64,000 bases of DNA from Escherichia phage vB_EcoM-RPN226, in the sequence record OL770073.2; one strand, written 5' to 3'. Of this stretch, positions 1 to 9,042 are shown in pieces. Under the pieces are notes generated by a model. The model was given only the letters and a program-made list of their open reading frames with translations. It was not told where the DNA came from and did not search any database. The position numbers and the translations under genes are program-made. Within the stretch, counting starts at the first letter, position 1, and each line of letters starts with the position of its first letter.

Positions 1-11
1 GAGGATATTAA

Positions 12-1214
12 ATGAAAGTATGCATTTTTATGGCTCGAGGTCTTGAAGGTTGTGGTGTAACTAAATTTTCTCTTGAGCAACGTGATTGGTTTATTAAAAA
101 TGGTCATGAAGTAACTTTGGTTTATGCTAAAGATAAATCATTTACCCGTAATTGCGCGCATGATTATAAATCATTTTCAATTCCGGTTTTATTGGCAAAA
201 GAATACGATAAAACACTTAAACTGGTAAATGATTGCGATATTCTAATTATCAATTCAGTTCCTGCTACTTCAGTTGAAGAAGACACGATTAATAATTATA
301 AAAAAATTATTGATAACATTAAACCTTCGGTTCGTGTTGTAGTTTATCAGCATGACCATTCTTCTCTTTCTTTACGCCGAAATTTGGGATTAGAAGAAAC
401 TGTTCGTCGAGCTGATGTTATTTTTAGTCATTCTGATAATGGCGATTTTAATAAAGTTTTAATGAAAGAATGGTATCCAGAAACAGTTTCTCTGTTTGAT
501 GATATTGAAGAAGCACCGACCGTATATAACTTTCAGCCTCCTATGGATATTGCGAAGGTTCGATCAACCTACTGGAAAGATGTTTCTGAAATTAACACGA
601 ATATCAACCGTTGGATTGGTCGTACGACTACATGGAAAGGCTTTTATCAGATGTTTGATTTTCACGAAAAACATCTTAAACCTGCAGGACTAAGTACTGT
701 TATGGAAGGTCTGGAACGTTCTCCAGCGTTCATTCCTATTAAAGAAAAAGGAATTCCATACGAGTATTATCGTCTTCATCAAGTAGACCAAATTAAAATT
801 GCTCCTAATTTGCCAACGCAAATTCTCGACCGTTATGTAAATAGCGAAATGCTTGAACGTATGAGTAAATCCGGATTTGGTTATCAGCTGAGTAAATTAG
901 ATAAAAAATATCTACAACGTTCTTTAGAATATACTCATCTCGAGCTTGGTGCATGTGGAACAATTCCGGTATTTTGGAAATCTACTGGCGAAAATTTAAA
1001 ATTCCGTGTTGATAATACTCCGTTAATTTCTCATGATAGCGGTATCGTTTGGTTTGATGAAAATGACATGGAATCAACATTTGAACGTATTAAAGAACTG
1101 TCATCTGACCGAGCTCTTTATGATCGCGAACGCGAAAAAGCTTATGAATTTTTGTATCAGCATCAAGATTCAAGCTTCTGCTTTAAAGAACAGTTTGACA
1201 TTATTACAAAATAA
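12..1214 (+). CDS. a-gt: DNA alpha-glucosyltransferase (glucosylates HMC-DNA)
   Basis: 400-aa ORF, colinear and near-identical to T4 alpha-glucosyltransferase as recalled (CIFMARGLEGCGVTKFSLEQRDWFIKNGHEV...); ATG with upstream GAGG. Confidence 0.9.
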   Translation: MKVCIFMARGLEGCGVTKFSLEQRDWFIKNGHEVTLVYAKDKSFTRNCAHDYKSFSIPVLLAKEYDKTLKLVNDCDILIINSVPATSVEEDTINNYKKIIDNIKPSVRVVVYQHDHSSLSLRRNLGLEETVRRADVIFSHSDNGDFNKVLMKEWYPETVSLFDDIEEAPTVYNFQPPMDIAKVRSTYWKDVSEINTNINRWIGRTTTWKGFYQMFDFHEKHLKPAGLSTVMEGLERSPAFIPIKEKGIPYEYYRLHQVDQIKIAPNLPTQILDRYVNSEMLERMSKSGFGYQLSKLDKKYLQRSLEYTHLELGACGTIPVFWKSTGENLKFRVDNTPLISHDSGIVWFDENDMESTFERIKELSSDRALYDREREKAYEFLYQHQDSSFCFKEQFDIITK

Positions 1215-1232
1215 AGGGCTTCGGCCCTTTAG
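1214..1232 (+). terminator. GC hairpin GGGC-UUCG-GCCC followed by U tract
   Basis: aaaGGGCttcgGCCCttt directly after a-gt stop; same hairpin family recurs in window. Confidence 0.6.
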
Positions 1233-1253
1233 CTTTATACGGAGTTTGATATA

Positions 1254-1394
1254 ATGATATTTCTTGGATATGTGATACTTTTTCTAGCGTTTTATTTGTT
1301 CACCAGAGCATGTTGGATTGGGTTCTTTAGTACTCCAGATGGATTTATTTCAATAATTTTATTTTGCATTTCAATGACGGTTCTTGATATATGA
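1254..1394 (+). CDS. small hydrophobic protein (46 aa)
   Basis: hand-translated MIFLGYVILFLAFYLFTRACWIGFF...; stop overlaps gene 47 start (ATGA); not in ORF track (<60 aa). Confidence 0.3.
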   Translation: MIFLGYVILFLAFYLFTRACWIGFFSTPDGFISIILFCISMTVLDI

Positions 1395-2410
1395 AAATTT
1401 TAAATTTAGGTGATTGGCATTTAGGTGTTAAAGCCGATGATGAGTGGGTTCAATCCATTCAGTTGGATGGAATTAAACAAGCAATAGAATATTCTAAGAA
1501 AAATGGAATTACTACATGGATTCAATACGGCGATATTTTTGATGTGCGAAAAGCAATCACGCATAAAACTATGGAGTTCGCCCGTGAAATAGTTCAAATG
1601 CTTGATGATGCTGGTATTACCCTACATACTGTTGTAGGAAACCATGATATGCACTTTAAAAATACTTTAACTCCAAATGCTTCTACTGAGCTTTTGGCTA
1701 AATATTCTAATGTTAAAGTATATGATAAGCCTACTACAGTAGATTTTGACGGATGTTTGATTGATTTAATTCCTTGGATGTGTGAAGAAAATACTGGTGA
1801 AATTCTTGAACACATCAAAACTTCATCTGCTTCTTTTTGTGTCGGTCACTGGGAACTGAATGGATTTTATTTTTATAAAGGAATGAAATCTCACGGTCTT
1901 GAACCTGATTTCCTTAAGACTTATAAAGAAGTGTGGTCTGGTCACTTCCACACTATCTCTGAGGCTGCTAACGTCAGATATATTGGGACACCATGGACAC
2001 TAACTGCAGGTGACGAGAATGACCCTCGCGGGTTCTGGGTGTTTGATACAGAAACAGAACGAATGGAATTTATTCCAAACAACACTACCTGGCATCGTCG
2101 AATTCAATATCCATTTAAGGGAAAAATTGACTATAAAGATTTTACAAATCTATCAGTACGTGTTATAGTAACTGAGGTAGACAAAAATCTGACGAAGTTC
2201 GAATCTGAATTAGAAAAAGTTGTACATTCATTACGAGTTGTGTCAAAGATTGATAACTCTGTCGAGTCAGATGATAGCGAAGAAGTTGAAGTTCAATCTC
2301 TTCAGACGTTGATGGAAGAATACATTAATGCAATTCCAGACATCACTGATTCTGACCGTGAAGCACTTATTCAATATGCAAATCAGTTATATGTAGAGGC
2401 AACACAATGA
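1391..2410 (+). CDS. 47: recombination endonuclease subunit gp47 (Mre11/SbcD-like)
   Basis: 339 aa as in T4 gp47; calcineurin-like phosphoesterase motifs (GDWHLG, GNHD, GHWE, GHFH). Confidence 0.9.
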   Translation: MKILNLGDWHLGVKADDEWVQSIQLDGIKQAIEYSKKNGITTWIQYGDIFDVRKAITHKTMEFAREIVQMLDDAGITLHTVVGNHDMHFKNTLTPNASTELLAKYSNVKVYDKPTTVDFDGCLIDLIPWMCEENTGEILEHIKTSSASFCVGHWELNGFYFYKGMKSHGLEPDFLKTYKEVWSGHFHTISEAANVRYIGTPWTLTAGDENDPRGFWVFDTETERMEFIPNNTTWHRRIQYPFKGKIDYKDFTNLSVRVIVTEVDKNLTKFESELEKVVHSLRVVSKIDNSVESDDSEEVEVQSLQTLMEEYINAIPDITDSDREALIQYANQLYVEATQ

Positions 2411-2670
2411 CTTTTGATGAATTTAAAAATGTTATGATGAGTCAGCATTTTGAATGCGAAGTAAAAGATGATATTGGTCATAAAGAAATTATTGAATACT
2501 GGTTTGAACCATTAGAGGTTGAAGATAATTGTATTAAAAAGGTCACGGTCTGCACTGACTGGGCTGTATCTTTTAACTTCAACATTTTAGATAATGACAC
2601 ACCTAAATCATTACAAGATATGGCTGTATCTTGTATTAAGGATGCATACTGTGAAGTTTTCGACATTTGA
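2407..2670 (+). CDS. hypothetical protein
   Basis: 87-aa ORF, ATG overlapping gene 47 stop; no motif recognised. Confidence 0.4.
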   Translation: MTFDEFKNVMMSQHFECEVKDDIGHKEIIEYWFEPLEVEDNCIKKVTVCTDWAVSFNFNILDNDTPKSLQDMAVSCIKDAYCEVFDI

Positions 2671-2857
2671 CATTAACGATGAATTCATAGCAAATATTGA
2701 TTACACCGAAGAAGATTCTAGATATGTTGGAATAATTTATATCACATCAAAAGCAGCGCAAGGTGTTGTTTGCATGGCTGAATTTGATGAATACTTTTTA
2801 GATTATGATGATATGATAGAATGGTCTAAAAGATACATTAAAAGGAATCTTTTGTGA
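2594..2857 (+). CDS. hypothetical protein (start probably internal ATG at 2642)
   Basis: ORF ending at HNH gene start; N-terminus (VKFSTFDINDEF) mirrors N-terminus of downstream HNH ORF. Confidence 0.3.
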   Translation: MTHLNHYKIWLYLVLRMHTVKFSTFDINDEFIANIDYTEEDSRYVGIIYITSKAAQGVVCMAEFDEYFLDYDDMIEWSKRYIKRNLL

Positions 2858-3708
2858 AGAATTTTAAACTTGACATTAATGATGAATTTTTAATAAAGGA
2901 ATTAGTTGAAAAATTAGCGTTGAGTGAAGAAGACGCCAAGTCTTACATTAATTTTATTTCTGCGAATTCAACTGTTAAAACTCCAGGTAAAACGGAAGCA
3001 CACCACGTGCTTCCTAAATCAATATTTCCTGAATATTTAAAATCTACATGGAATTTAGTTAATTTAAGTCATTTTAATCATTTTAAAGCACACTTCTTAT
3101 TAGCAAAAGGTAAAAATGGAAAAATGTTAAATGCTTTAAATAGAATGATGTCAGGAAAAACATATAAAAATTTATCTTTAGCCGAAGTTGATTTAATAGC
3201 TGCTGAATATAGTTTTATAAAACAAGATGTAAGTGACACAATATCAAAAAGGCTTCAACAGTATTATTCAAATCCGCAAAATAGAAATGCTGCTAGAGAA
3301 AGGGCATTAAAATATTTTTCAGTAGCAAAAAATAGGAAAGATAATAAAGAAAGATTAAATAATTTTAAAACAAAACAAAAAATTTCAATGGCTTCAAGGG
3401 AATGGTTTAATAACGAAGAAAATAAAATTAAACACCAAAAGGCTGTTCGTGCTGCTTTATCAAAACCTGAATATAAAATAGCTATATCAAATTCAGTAGC
3501 TGCTAGTTGGAAAAATCCGGAGATTAGAAAAGCTCATATAGCATCTCGACGAAAAGGCTATCATTGGGATAATAAAGATAAATTGTATGAATTGTGGATA
3601 TCATATAATCGTCCTAAACATGTAATGTTTAGGAAAATGTTAGTTAAGAATGGATATCCAATAGAGGCTTCATTACAGGCTTTAGTTAAAGAATTTTCTT
3701 CATTGTGA
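2854..3708 (+). CDS. HNH homing endonuclease (Mob-like, free-standing)
   Basis: GTG start after AAAGGA; HNH motif EAHHVLPKS...NLVNLSHFNHFKAH; C-terminal region paralogous to ORF 21476..22126 (YELWxxxNRPK...GYP). Confidence 0.7.
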   Translation: MKNFKLDINDEFLIKELVEKLALSEEDAKSYINFISANSTVKTPGKTEAHHVLPKSIFPEYLKSTWNLVNLSHFNHFKAHFLLAKGKNGKMLNALNRMMSGKTYKNLSLAEVDLIAAEYSFIKQDVSDTISKRLQQYYSNPQNRNAARERALKYFSVAKNRKDNKERLNNFKTKQKISMASREWFNNEENKIKHQKAVRAALSKPEYKIAISNSVAASWKNPEIRKAHIASRRKGYHWDNKDKLYELWISYNRPKHVMFRKMLVKNGYPIEASLQALVKEFSSL

Positions 3709-3723
3709 ACAATTGGATACAAA

Positions 3724-5406
3724 ATGAAATCATTTAAACTTAATAGAGTAAAATATAAAAATATAATGTCAGTTGGTCAAAATGGAGTTGACATTCAATT
3801 AGATAAGGTTCAAAAAACTCTTATTACTGGCCGAAATGGCGGTGGTAAGTCTACTATGTTAGAAGCCATCACATTTGGGCTTTTTGGCAAGCCATTCCGT
3901 GATGTAAAGAAAGGCCAATTAATAAACAGCACAAATAAGAAAGAACTTTTAGTTGAACTGTGGATGGAATATGATGAGAAAAAGTACTATATCAAAAGAG
4001 GACAAAAACCAAACGTTTTCGAAATCACCGTTAACGGTACACGTCTTAATGAATCTGCCAGCAGTAAAGATTTCCAAGCAGAATTTGAACAGCTTATCGG
4101 AATGTCATATGCCAGTTTCAAGCAGATTGTTGTCCTTGGTACAGCAGGGTATACCCCTTTCATGGGTTTGTCGACCCCTGCGCGAAGAAAGCTTGTGGAA
4201 GACCTGCTTGAGGTAGGAACATTAGCTGAAATGGATAAGCTTAATAAAGCACTAATACGTGAATTAAATTCACAAAACCAAGTGCTTGATGTTAAAAAAG
4301 ATAGTATTATCCAGCAAATTAAAATATATAATGATAACGTTGAACGCCAGAAAAAATTAACTGGTGATAACCTTACTCGTCTGCAGAATATGTATGATGA
4401 TTTAGCAAAAGAAGCTAGAACGCTAAAATCGGAAATAGAAGAAGCTAATGAAAGATTAGTTAATATTGTTTTGGATGAAGACCCGACTGATGCATTTAAT
4501 AAAATCGGTCAAGAAGCATTTTTAATTAAATCAAAAATTGATTCGTATAATAAAGTCATTAATATGTATCACGAAGGTGGATTATGTCCAACCTGTTTGT
4601 CACAATTAAGTTCCGGTGATAAAGTTGTTTCTAAAATTAAAGATAAAGTTTCTGAATGTACGCATTCGTTTGAACAGCTTTCAACACATCGTGATAATTT
4701 AAAAGTTCTTGTTGATGAATACCGAGATAATATTAAAACCCAGCAGACATTGGCGAATGATATTCGCAATAAAAAGCAATCTCTAATCACGACGGTAGAT
4801 AAAGCTAAAAAAGTTAAAGCAGCTATAGAAAAAGCATCATCCGAGTTTATTGATCATGCTGATGAAATAGCACTGCTTCAAGAAGAACTTGATAAAATTG
4901 TTAAGACAAAAACTAATTTAGTAATGGAAAAATACCATAGAGGAATTTTGACTGATATGCTCAAAGATTCTGGTATTAAAGGTGCTATTATTAAAAAGTA
5001 CATTCCATTATTTAATAAGCAGATTAACCATTATCTTAAAATAATGGAAGCGGATTATGTGTTTACATTAGATGAAGAATTTAATGAGACAATTAAATCA
5101 CGTGGTCGTGAAGATTTTAGTTATGCTTCATTTAGTGAAGGTGAAAAAGCACGAATCGATATTGCTCTTTTATTTACTTGGCGTGATATTGCTTCTATCG
5201 TATCTGGTGTTAGTATTAGTACATTAATTCTTGATGAAGTGTTTGATGGGTCATTTGATGCCGAAGGTATTAAAGGCGTAGCTAATATTATAAATTCAAT
5301 GAAAAATACTAATGTTTTTATAATTTCGCATAAAGACCATGACCCGCAAGAATATGGTCAGCATCTTCAAATGAAGAAAGTTGGTCGGTTTACTGTAATG
5401 GTTTAA
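3724..5406 (+). CDS. 46: recombination endonuclease subunit gp46 (Rad50/SbcC-like ATPase)
   Basis: 560 aa as in T4 gp46; Walker A GRNGGGKST, coiled-coil middle, CPTC zinc hook, signature/Walker B near C-terminus. Confidence 0.9.
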   Translation: MKSFKLNRVKYKNIMSVGQNGVDIQLDKVQKTLITGRNGGGKSTMLEAITFGLFGKPFRDVKKGQLINSTNKKELLVELWMEYDEKKYYIKRGQKPNVFEITVNGTRLNESASSKDFQAEFEQLIGMSYASFKQIVVLGTAGYTPFMGLSTPARRKLVEDLLEVGTLAEMDKLNKALIRELNSQNQVLDVKKDSIIQQIKIYNDNVERQKKLTGDNLTRLQNMYDDLAKEARTLKSEIEEANERLVNIVLDEDPTDAFNKIGQEAFLIKSKIDSYNKVINMYHEGGLCPTCLSQLSSGDKVVSKIKDKVSECTHSFEQLSTHRDNLKVLVDEYRDNIKTQQTLANDIRNKKQSLITTVDKAKKVKAAIEKASSEFIDHADEIALLQEELDKIVKTKTNLVMEKYHRGILTDMLKDSGIKGAIIKKYIPLFNKQINHYLKIMEADYVFTLDEEFNETIKSRGREDFSYASFSEGEKARIDIALLFTWRDIASIVSGVSISTLILDEVFDGSFDAEGIKGVANIINSMKNTNVFIISHKDHDPQEYGQHLQMKKVGRFTVMV

Positions 5407-5461
5407 TTTATAAGAGATTATGCTTTAATTTATTAAAGTATAATCTCTATGGAGGAAAAAC

Positions 5462-5650
5462 ATGGAATATTCAACTGGACAGCATCTATTAACTATTCCT
5501 GAAATAAAACGATATATTCTGAGAAATAATTTTTCTAATGAAGAGCATATAGTTACTGAATCTATGCTTAGGAATGCATTTAAAGCAGAATATACAAAAA
5601 TAATGTCCAACAGAAATGAAGCTTGGACTGTTACTGATTATTATGACTAA
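5462..5650 (+). CDS. hypothetical protein (45.2-like position)
   Basis: 62-aa ORF with GGAGG RBS between 46 and rpbA. Confidence 0.4.
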   Translation: MEYSTGQHLLTIPEIKRYILRNNFSNEEHIVTESMLRNAFKAEYTKIMSNRNEAWTVTDYYD

Positions 5651-5659
5651 AGGTGTATT

Positions 5660-6049
5660 ATGACTAAAATTACTGTGAATTATACTGTTGATGTAAAAGA
5701 TATTCAGCCAAAACACGTGCGTTCTGAATCAAATCCACAAAACCAAAATAAAATTCGTCGAGCATGGGTTTTGTCTCTTTCTAATAACGCAATGGAAGTT
5801 ATTCAGAACAAAATTAAATCTGCACCTGCTCGTCATGCGTATTATGAAGCTATCGATCGTGAAGTAAGTAATAAATGGATTGAATTAATGCGCAAACATA
5901 CGGCAGAATCTCTAAATGCTGGTGCTAAATTTATTATGACTTCATGTGGTGAACGCCTTGAAGATGATTATTGCGGTAATGCAGATGAACGTCTAATTGT
6001 TGCTGCTCAAATTGTTGCGGAAACAATTGCTGCTGATTTTAATCGTTAA
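5660..6049 (+). CDS. rpbA: RNA polymerase binding protein RpbA
   Basis: 129 aa, position immediately upstream of gene 45 as in T4. Confidence 0.75.
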   Translation: MTKITVNYTVDVKDIQPKHVRSESNPQNQNKIRRAWVLSLSNNAMEVIQNKIKSAPARHAYYEAIDREVSNKWIELMRKHTAESLNAGAKFIMTSCGERLEDDYCGNADERLIVAAQIVAETIAADFNR

Positions 6050-6077
6050 TTGCTTTATTAAATTAGTTATAGAATTA
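6048..6077 (+). promoter_or_regulatory. putative MotA-dependent middle promoter for gene 45
   Basis: MotA-box-like TTGCTTTA about 12 bp upstream of -10-like TATAGAAT, upstream of gene 45 start; approx coordinates. Confidence 0.5.
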
Positions 6078-6105
6078 AATTCTCATTTGAATTGAAGGAA
6101 ATTAA

Positions 6106-6792
6106 ATGAAATTATCTAAAGACACGCTGAATATTTTGAAAAATTTCGCTACTATTAACTCTGGTATTATGCTTAAATCCGGTCAATTTATTATGACTCG
6201 CGCGGTTAATGGTACAACTTATGCGGAAGCAAATATTTCTGACACTATTGATTTTGATGTAGCGATTTACGATTTGAACGGTTTTCTCGGTATTCTGTCT
6301 CTAGTTAATGATGATGCAGAAATTTCCCAGTCAGAAGATGGTAATATTAAAATTGCTGATGCCCGTTCAACAATTTTTTGGCCAGCAGCCGATCCGAGTA
6401 CAGTAGTTGCTCCTAATAAACCAATTCCATTCCCGGTAGCATCTGTTGTTACTGAAATTAAAGCGGAAGACCTTCAACAGCTGTTGCGTGTATCTCGCGG
6501 TCTGCAGATTGATACAATTGCTATCACAGTAAAAGAAGGTAAAATCGTAATTAACGGTTTTAATAAAGTGGAAGATTCTGCTTTGACCCGTGTTAAATAT
6601 TCTTTGACTCTTGGTGATTATGATGGTGAAAATACATTTAATTTCATTATCAATATGGCAAATATGAAAATGCAACCAGGAAATTATAAACTTCTTCTCT
6701 GGGCAAAAGGTAAACAAGGCGCTGCTAAATTTGAAGGTGAACATGCGAATTATGTAGTAGCTCTTGAAGCTGATTCTACCCACGATTTTTAA
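6106..6792 (+). CDS. 45: sliding clamp gp45
   Basis: 228 aa, matches T4 gp45 along length. Confidence 0.95.
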   Translation: MKLSKDTLNILKNFATINSGIMLKSGQFIMTRAVNGTTYAEANISDTIDFDVAIYDLNGFLGILSLVNDDAEISQSEDGNIKIADARSTIFWPAADPSTVVAPNKPIPFPVASVVTEIKAEDLQQLLRVSRGLQIDTIAITVKEGKIVINGFNKVEDSALTRVKYSLTLGDYDGENTFNFIINMANMKMQPGNYKLLLWAKGKQGAAKFEGEHANYVVALEADSTHDF

Positions 6793-6793
6793 T

Positions 6794-6812
6794 AAAGGGC
6801 TTCGGCCCTTTA
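6794..6812 (+). terminator. GGGC-UUCG-GCCC hairpin after gene 45
   Basis: aaaGGGCttcgGCCCttt. Confidence 0.55.
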
Positions 6813-6843
6813 TAATTTACACTAAAACTTGAATGAGGAAATT

Positions 6844-7803
6844 ATGATTACTGTAAATGAAAAAGAACACATTCTTGAACAGAAATATCGTCCATCTACT
6901 ATCGATGAATGTATTCTTCCCGCCTTTGATAAAGAAACCTTTAAATCTATTACAAGTAAAGGTAAGATTCCACATATTATTCTTCATTCTCCTTCTCCAG
7001 GAACAGGTAAAACAACCGTAGCAAAAGCATTGTGTCATGATGTAAATGCTGATATGATGTTTGTGAATGGGTCAGATTGTAAAATTGATTTCGTTCGTGG
7101 TCCTTTGACTAATTTTGCTAGTGCAGCTTCATTTGATGGTCGTCAAAAAGTAATTATTATTGATGAATTTGACCGCTCAGGGCTAGCAGAGTCTCAGCGA
7201 CATCTTCGTTCCTTTATGGAAGCTTATAGTTCAAACTGTAGTATTATTATTACTGCTAACAATATTGATGGTATTATTAAACCGCTTCAGTCACGCTGTC
7301 GAGTTATTACATTCGGTCAACCGACCGATGAAGATAAAATTGAAATGATGAAGCAGATGATTCGTCGATTGACTGAAATCTGTAAGCATGAAGGAATTGC
7401 TATAGCTGATATGAAAGTTGTAGCAGCTTTGGTTAAAAAGAATTTTCCTGATTTTCGTAAAACTATTGGTGAGCTCGATAGTTATTCATCTAAAGGTGTT
7501 TTGGATGCTGGTATTTTATCACTGGTTACTAACGATCGTGGTGCTATTGATGATGTTCTTGAGTCTCTCAAAAATAAAGATGTTAAACAACTCAGAGCTT
7601 TAGCACCAAAATATGCGGCTGATTATTCGTGGTTCGTTGGTAAACTTGCCGAAGAAATCTATACACGCGTAACTCCGCAAAGTATTATTCGTATGTATGA
7701 AATTGTTGGTGAAAATAACCAGTATCATGGAATTGCGGCTAATACGGAATTACATTTAGCATATCTTTTCATTCAATTAGCATGTGAAATGCAGTGGAAG
7801 TGA
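6844..7803 (+). CDS. 44: clamp loader large subunit gp44 (AAA+)
   Basis: 319 aa from ATG 6844 (track start 6829 is upstream alternative); Walker [15 protein letters not shown] box. Confidence 0.9.
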   Translation: MITVNEKEHILEQKYRPSTIDECILPAFDKETFKSITSKGKIPHIILHSPSPGTGKTTVAKALCHDVNADMMFVNGSDCKIDFVRGPLTNFASAASFDGRQKVIIIDEFDRSGLAESQRHLRSFMEAYSSNCSIIITANNIDGIIKPLQSRCRVITFGQPTDEDKIEMMKQMIRRLTEICKHEGIAIADMKVVAALVKKNFPDFRKTIGELDSYSSKGVLDAGILSLVTNDRGAIDDVLESLKNKDVKQLRALAPKYAADYSWFVGKLAEEIYTRVTPQSIIRMYEIVGENNQYHGIAANTELHLAYLFIQLACEMQWK

Positions 7804-7804
7804 T

Positions 7805-8368
7805 ATGAGCTTATTTGAAGATGATATTCAATTAAACGAGCATCAAGTTGCTTGGTATTCAAAAGATTGGACAGCTGTCCAATCTGCTGCTGATTCTTTT
7901 AAAGAAAAAGCTGAAAATGAGTTTTTTGAAATAATTGGAGCTATTAATAATAAAACTAAATGCTCTATTGCTCAAAAAGATTATTCAAAATACATGGTTG
8001 AGAATGCATTATCACAATTTCCTGAGTGCATGCCAGCTGTTTATGCTATGAATTTAATTGGATCAGGTTTAAGCGATGAAGCCCATTTTAATTATCTGAT
8101 GGCTGCTGTTCCTCGGGGTAAAAGATATGGTAAATGGGCAAAACTGGTTGAAGATTCTACTGAAGTATTGATTATTAAGTTACTTGCTAAGCGGTATCAA
8201 GTTAATACAAATGATGCAATTAACTATAAATCAATTCTTACTAAAAATGGAAAACTTCCTTTAGTATTAAAAGAACTAAAAGGTTTAGTCACGGATGATT
8301 TTTTGAAAGAAGTGACTAAGAACGTAAAAGAACAGAAACAACTCAAAAAACTAGCATTGGAATGGTAA
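7805..8368 (+). CDS. 62: clamp loader small subunit gp62
   Basis: 187 aa from MSLFEDD; ATG overlaps gp44 stop. Confidence 0.9.
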   Translation: MSLFEDDIQLNEHQVAWYSKDWTAVQSAADSFKEKAENEFFEIIGAINNKTKCSIAQKDYSKYMVENALSQFPECMPAVYAMNLIGSGLSDEAHFNYLMAAVPRGKRYGKWAKLVEDSTEVLIIKLLAKRYQVNTNDAINYKSILTKNGKLPLVLKELKGLVTDDFLKEVTKNVKEQKQLKKLALEW

Positions 8369-8369
8369 A

Positions 8370-8738
8370 ATGATTGAAATTACTCTTAAAAAACCTGAAG
8401 ATTTTCTGAAAGTAAAAGAAACTTTGACTCGTATGGGAATTGCTAATAATAAAGATAAAGTTCTGTATCAGTCCTGCCACATTCTTCAGAAAAAAGGACT
8501 ATACTATATCGTTCATTTTAAAGAAATGCTTCGTATGGATGGCCGTCAGGTTGAAATGACAGAAGAAGATGAAGTTCGTCGTGATTCGATTGCGTGGCTG
8601 TTAGAAGATTGGGGGCTGATTGAAATCGTTCCTGGTCAAAGAACTTTTATGAAAGATTTAACCAATAACTTCCGAGTTATTTCTTTTAAGCAAAAACATG
8701 AATGGAAACTCGTTCCTAAATATACGATTGGTAATTAA
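8370..8738 (+). CDS. regA: translational repressor RegA
   Basis: 122 aa, matches T4 RegA. Confidence 0.9.
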   Translation: MIEITLKKPEDFLKVKETLTRMGIANNKDKVLYQSCHILQKKGLYYIVHFKEMLRMDGRQVEMTEEDEVRRDSIAWLLEDWGLIEIVPGQRTFMKDLTNNFRVISFKQKHEWKLVPKYTIGN

Positions 8739-8739
8739 T

Positions 8740-8961
8740 ATGACTGCTATAACCCCGCAAGAATACATGGCGTCTCTTAAAGAAAAATATAATCTTTCTG
8801 CAACAGAAACACTTTTTGATTTACCAGAAAATCTCCAACTAAAATTTCAGGTAGAATTTCAAAAATTAGTTCACCCAGAACAAAAACACTTTACCGCAGT
8901 GGTTAAGTCAATTAATGCAGATGGATTGACAATTTTTCACCGACAAACGGTATTAATTTAA
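8740..8961 (+). CDS. hypothetical protein
   Basis: 73-aa ORF between regA and gene 43. Confidence 0.4.
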   Translation: MTAITPQEYMASLKEKYNLSATETLFDLPENLQLKFQVEFQKLVHPEQKHFTAVVKSINADGLTIFHRQTVLI

Positions 8962-8962
8962 G

Positions 8963-8986
8963 CAAGGGGCTTCGGCCCCTTATTTG
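8963..8986 (+). terminator. AGGGGC-UUCG-GCCCCU hairpin with U tract
   Basis: hairpin directly after ORF 8740..8961. Confidence 0.55.
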
Positions 8987-9000
8987 GAGTATAATATATC

Positions 9001-9042
9001 AAGAGCCTAATAACTCGGGCTATAAACTAAGGAATATCTATG
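9001..9042 (+). promoter_or_regulatory. gp43 translational operator (autoregulatory RNA hairpin overlapping RBS)
   Basis: AGCCU-AAUAACUC-GGGCU hairpin (5-bp stem, 8-nt loop) followed by AAGGAA RBS and ATG; matches the classical T4 DNA polymerase operator. Confidence 0.7.

Noticed and set aside
6367-6783. 138-aa antisense ORF across gene 45, and similar antisense ORFs in genes 43, 41, 61, dda, 39, 34 and 32 (e.g. 10144..10473, 18702..18932, 20389..20764, 28152..28521, 34792..35295, 55312..55615, 59570..60049)
   Set aside because: Each lies entirely within a strongly supported gene on the opposite strand or frame; AT-rich genomes produce such ORFs by chance; no independent signals.
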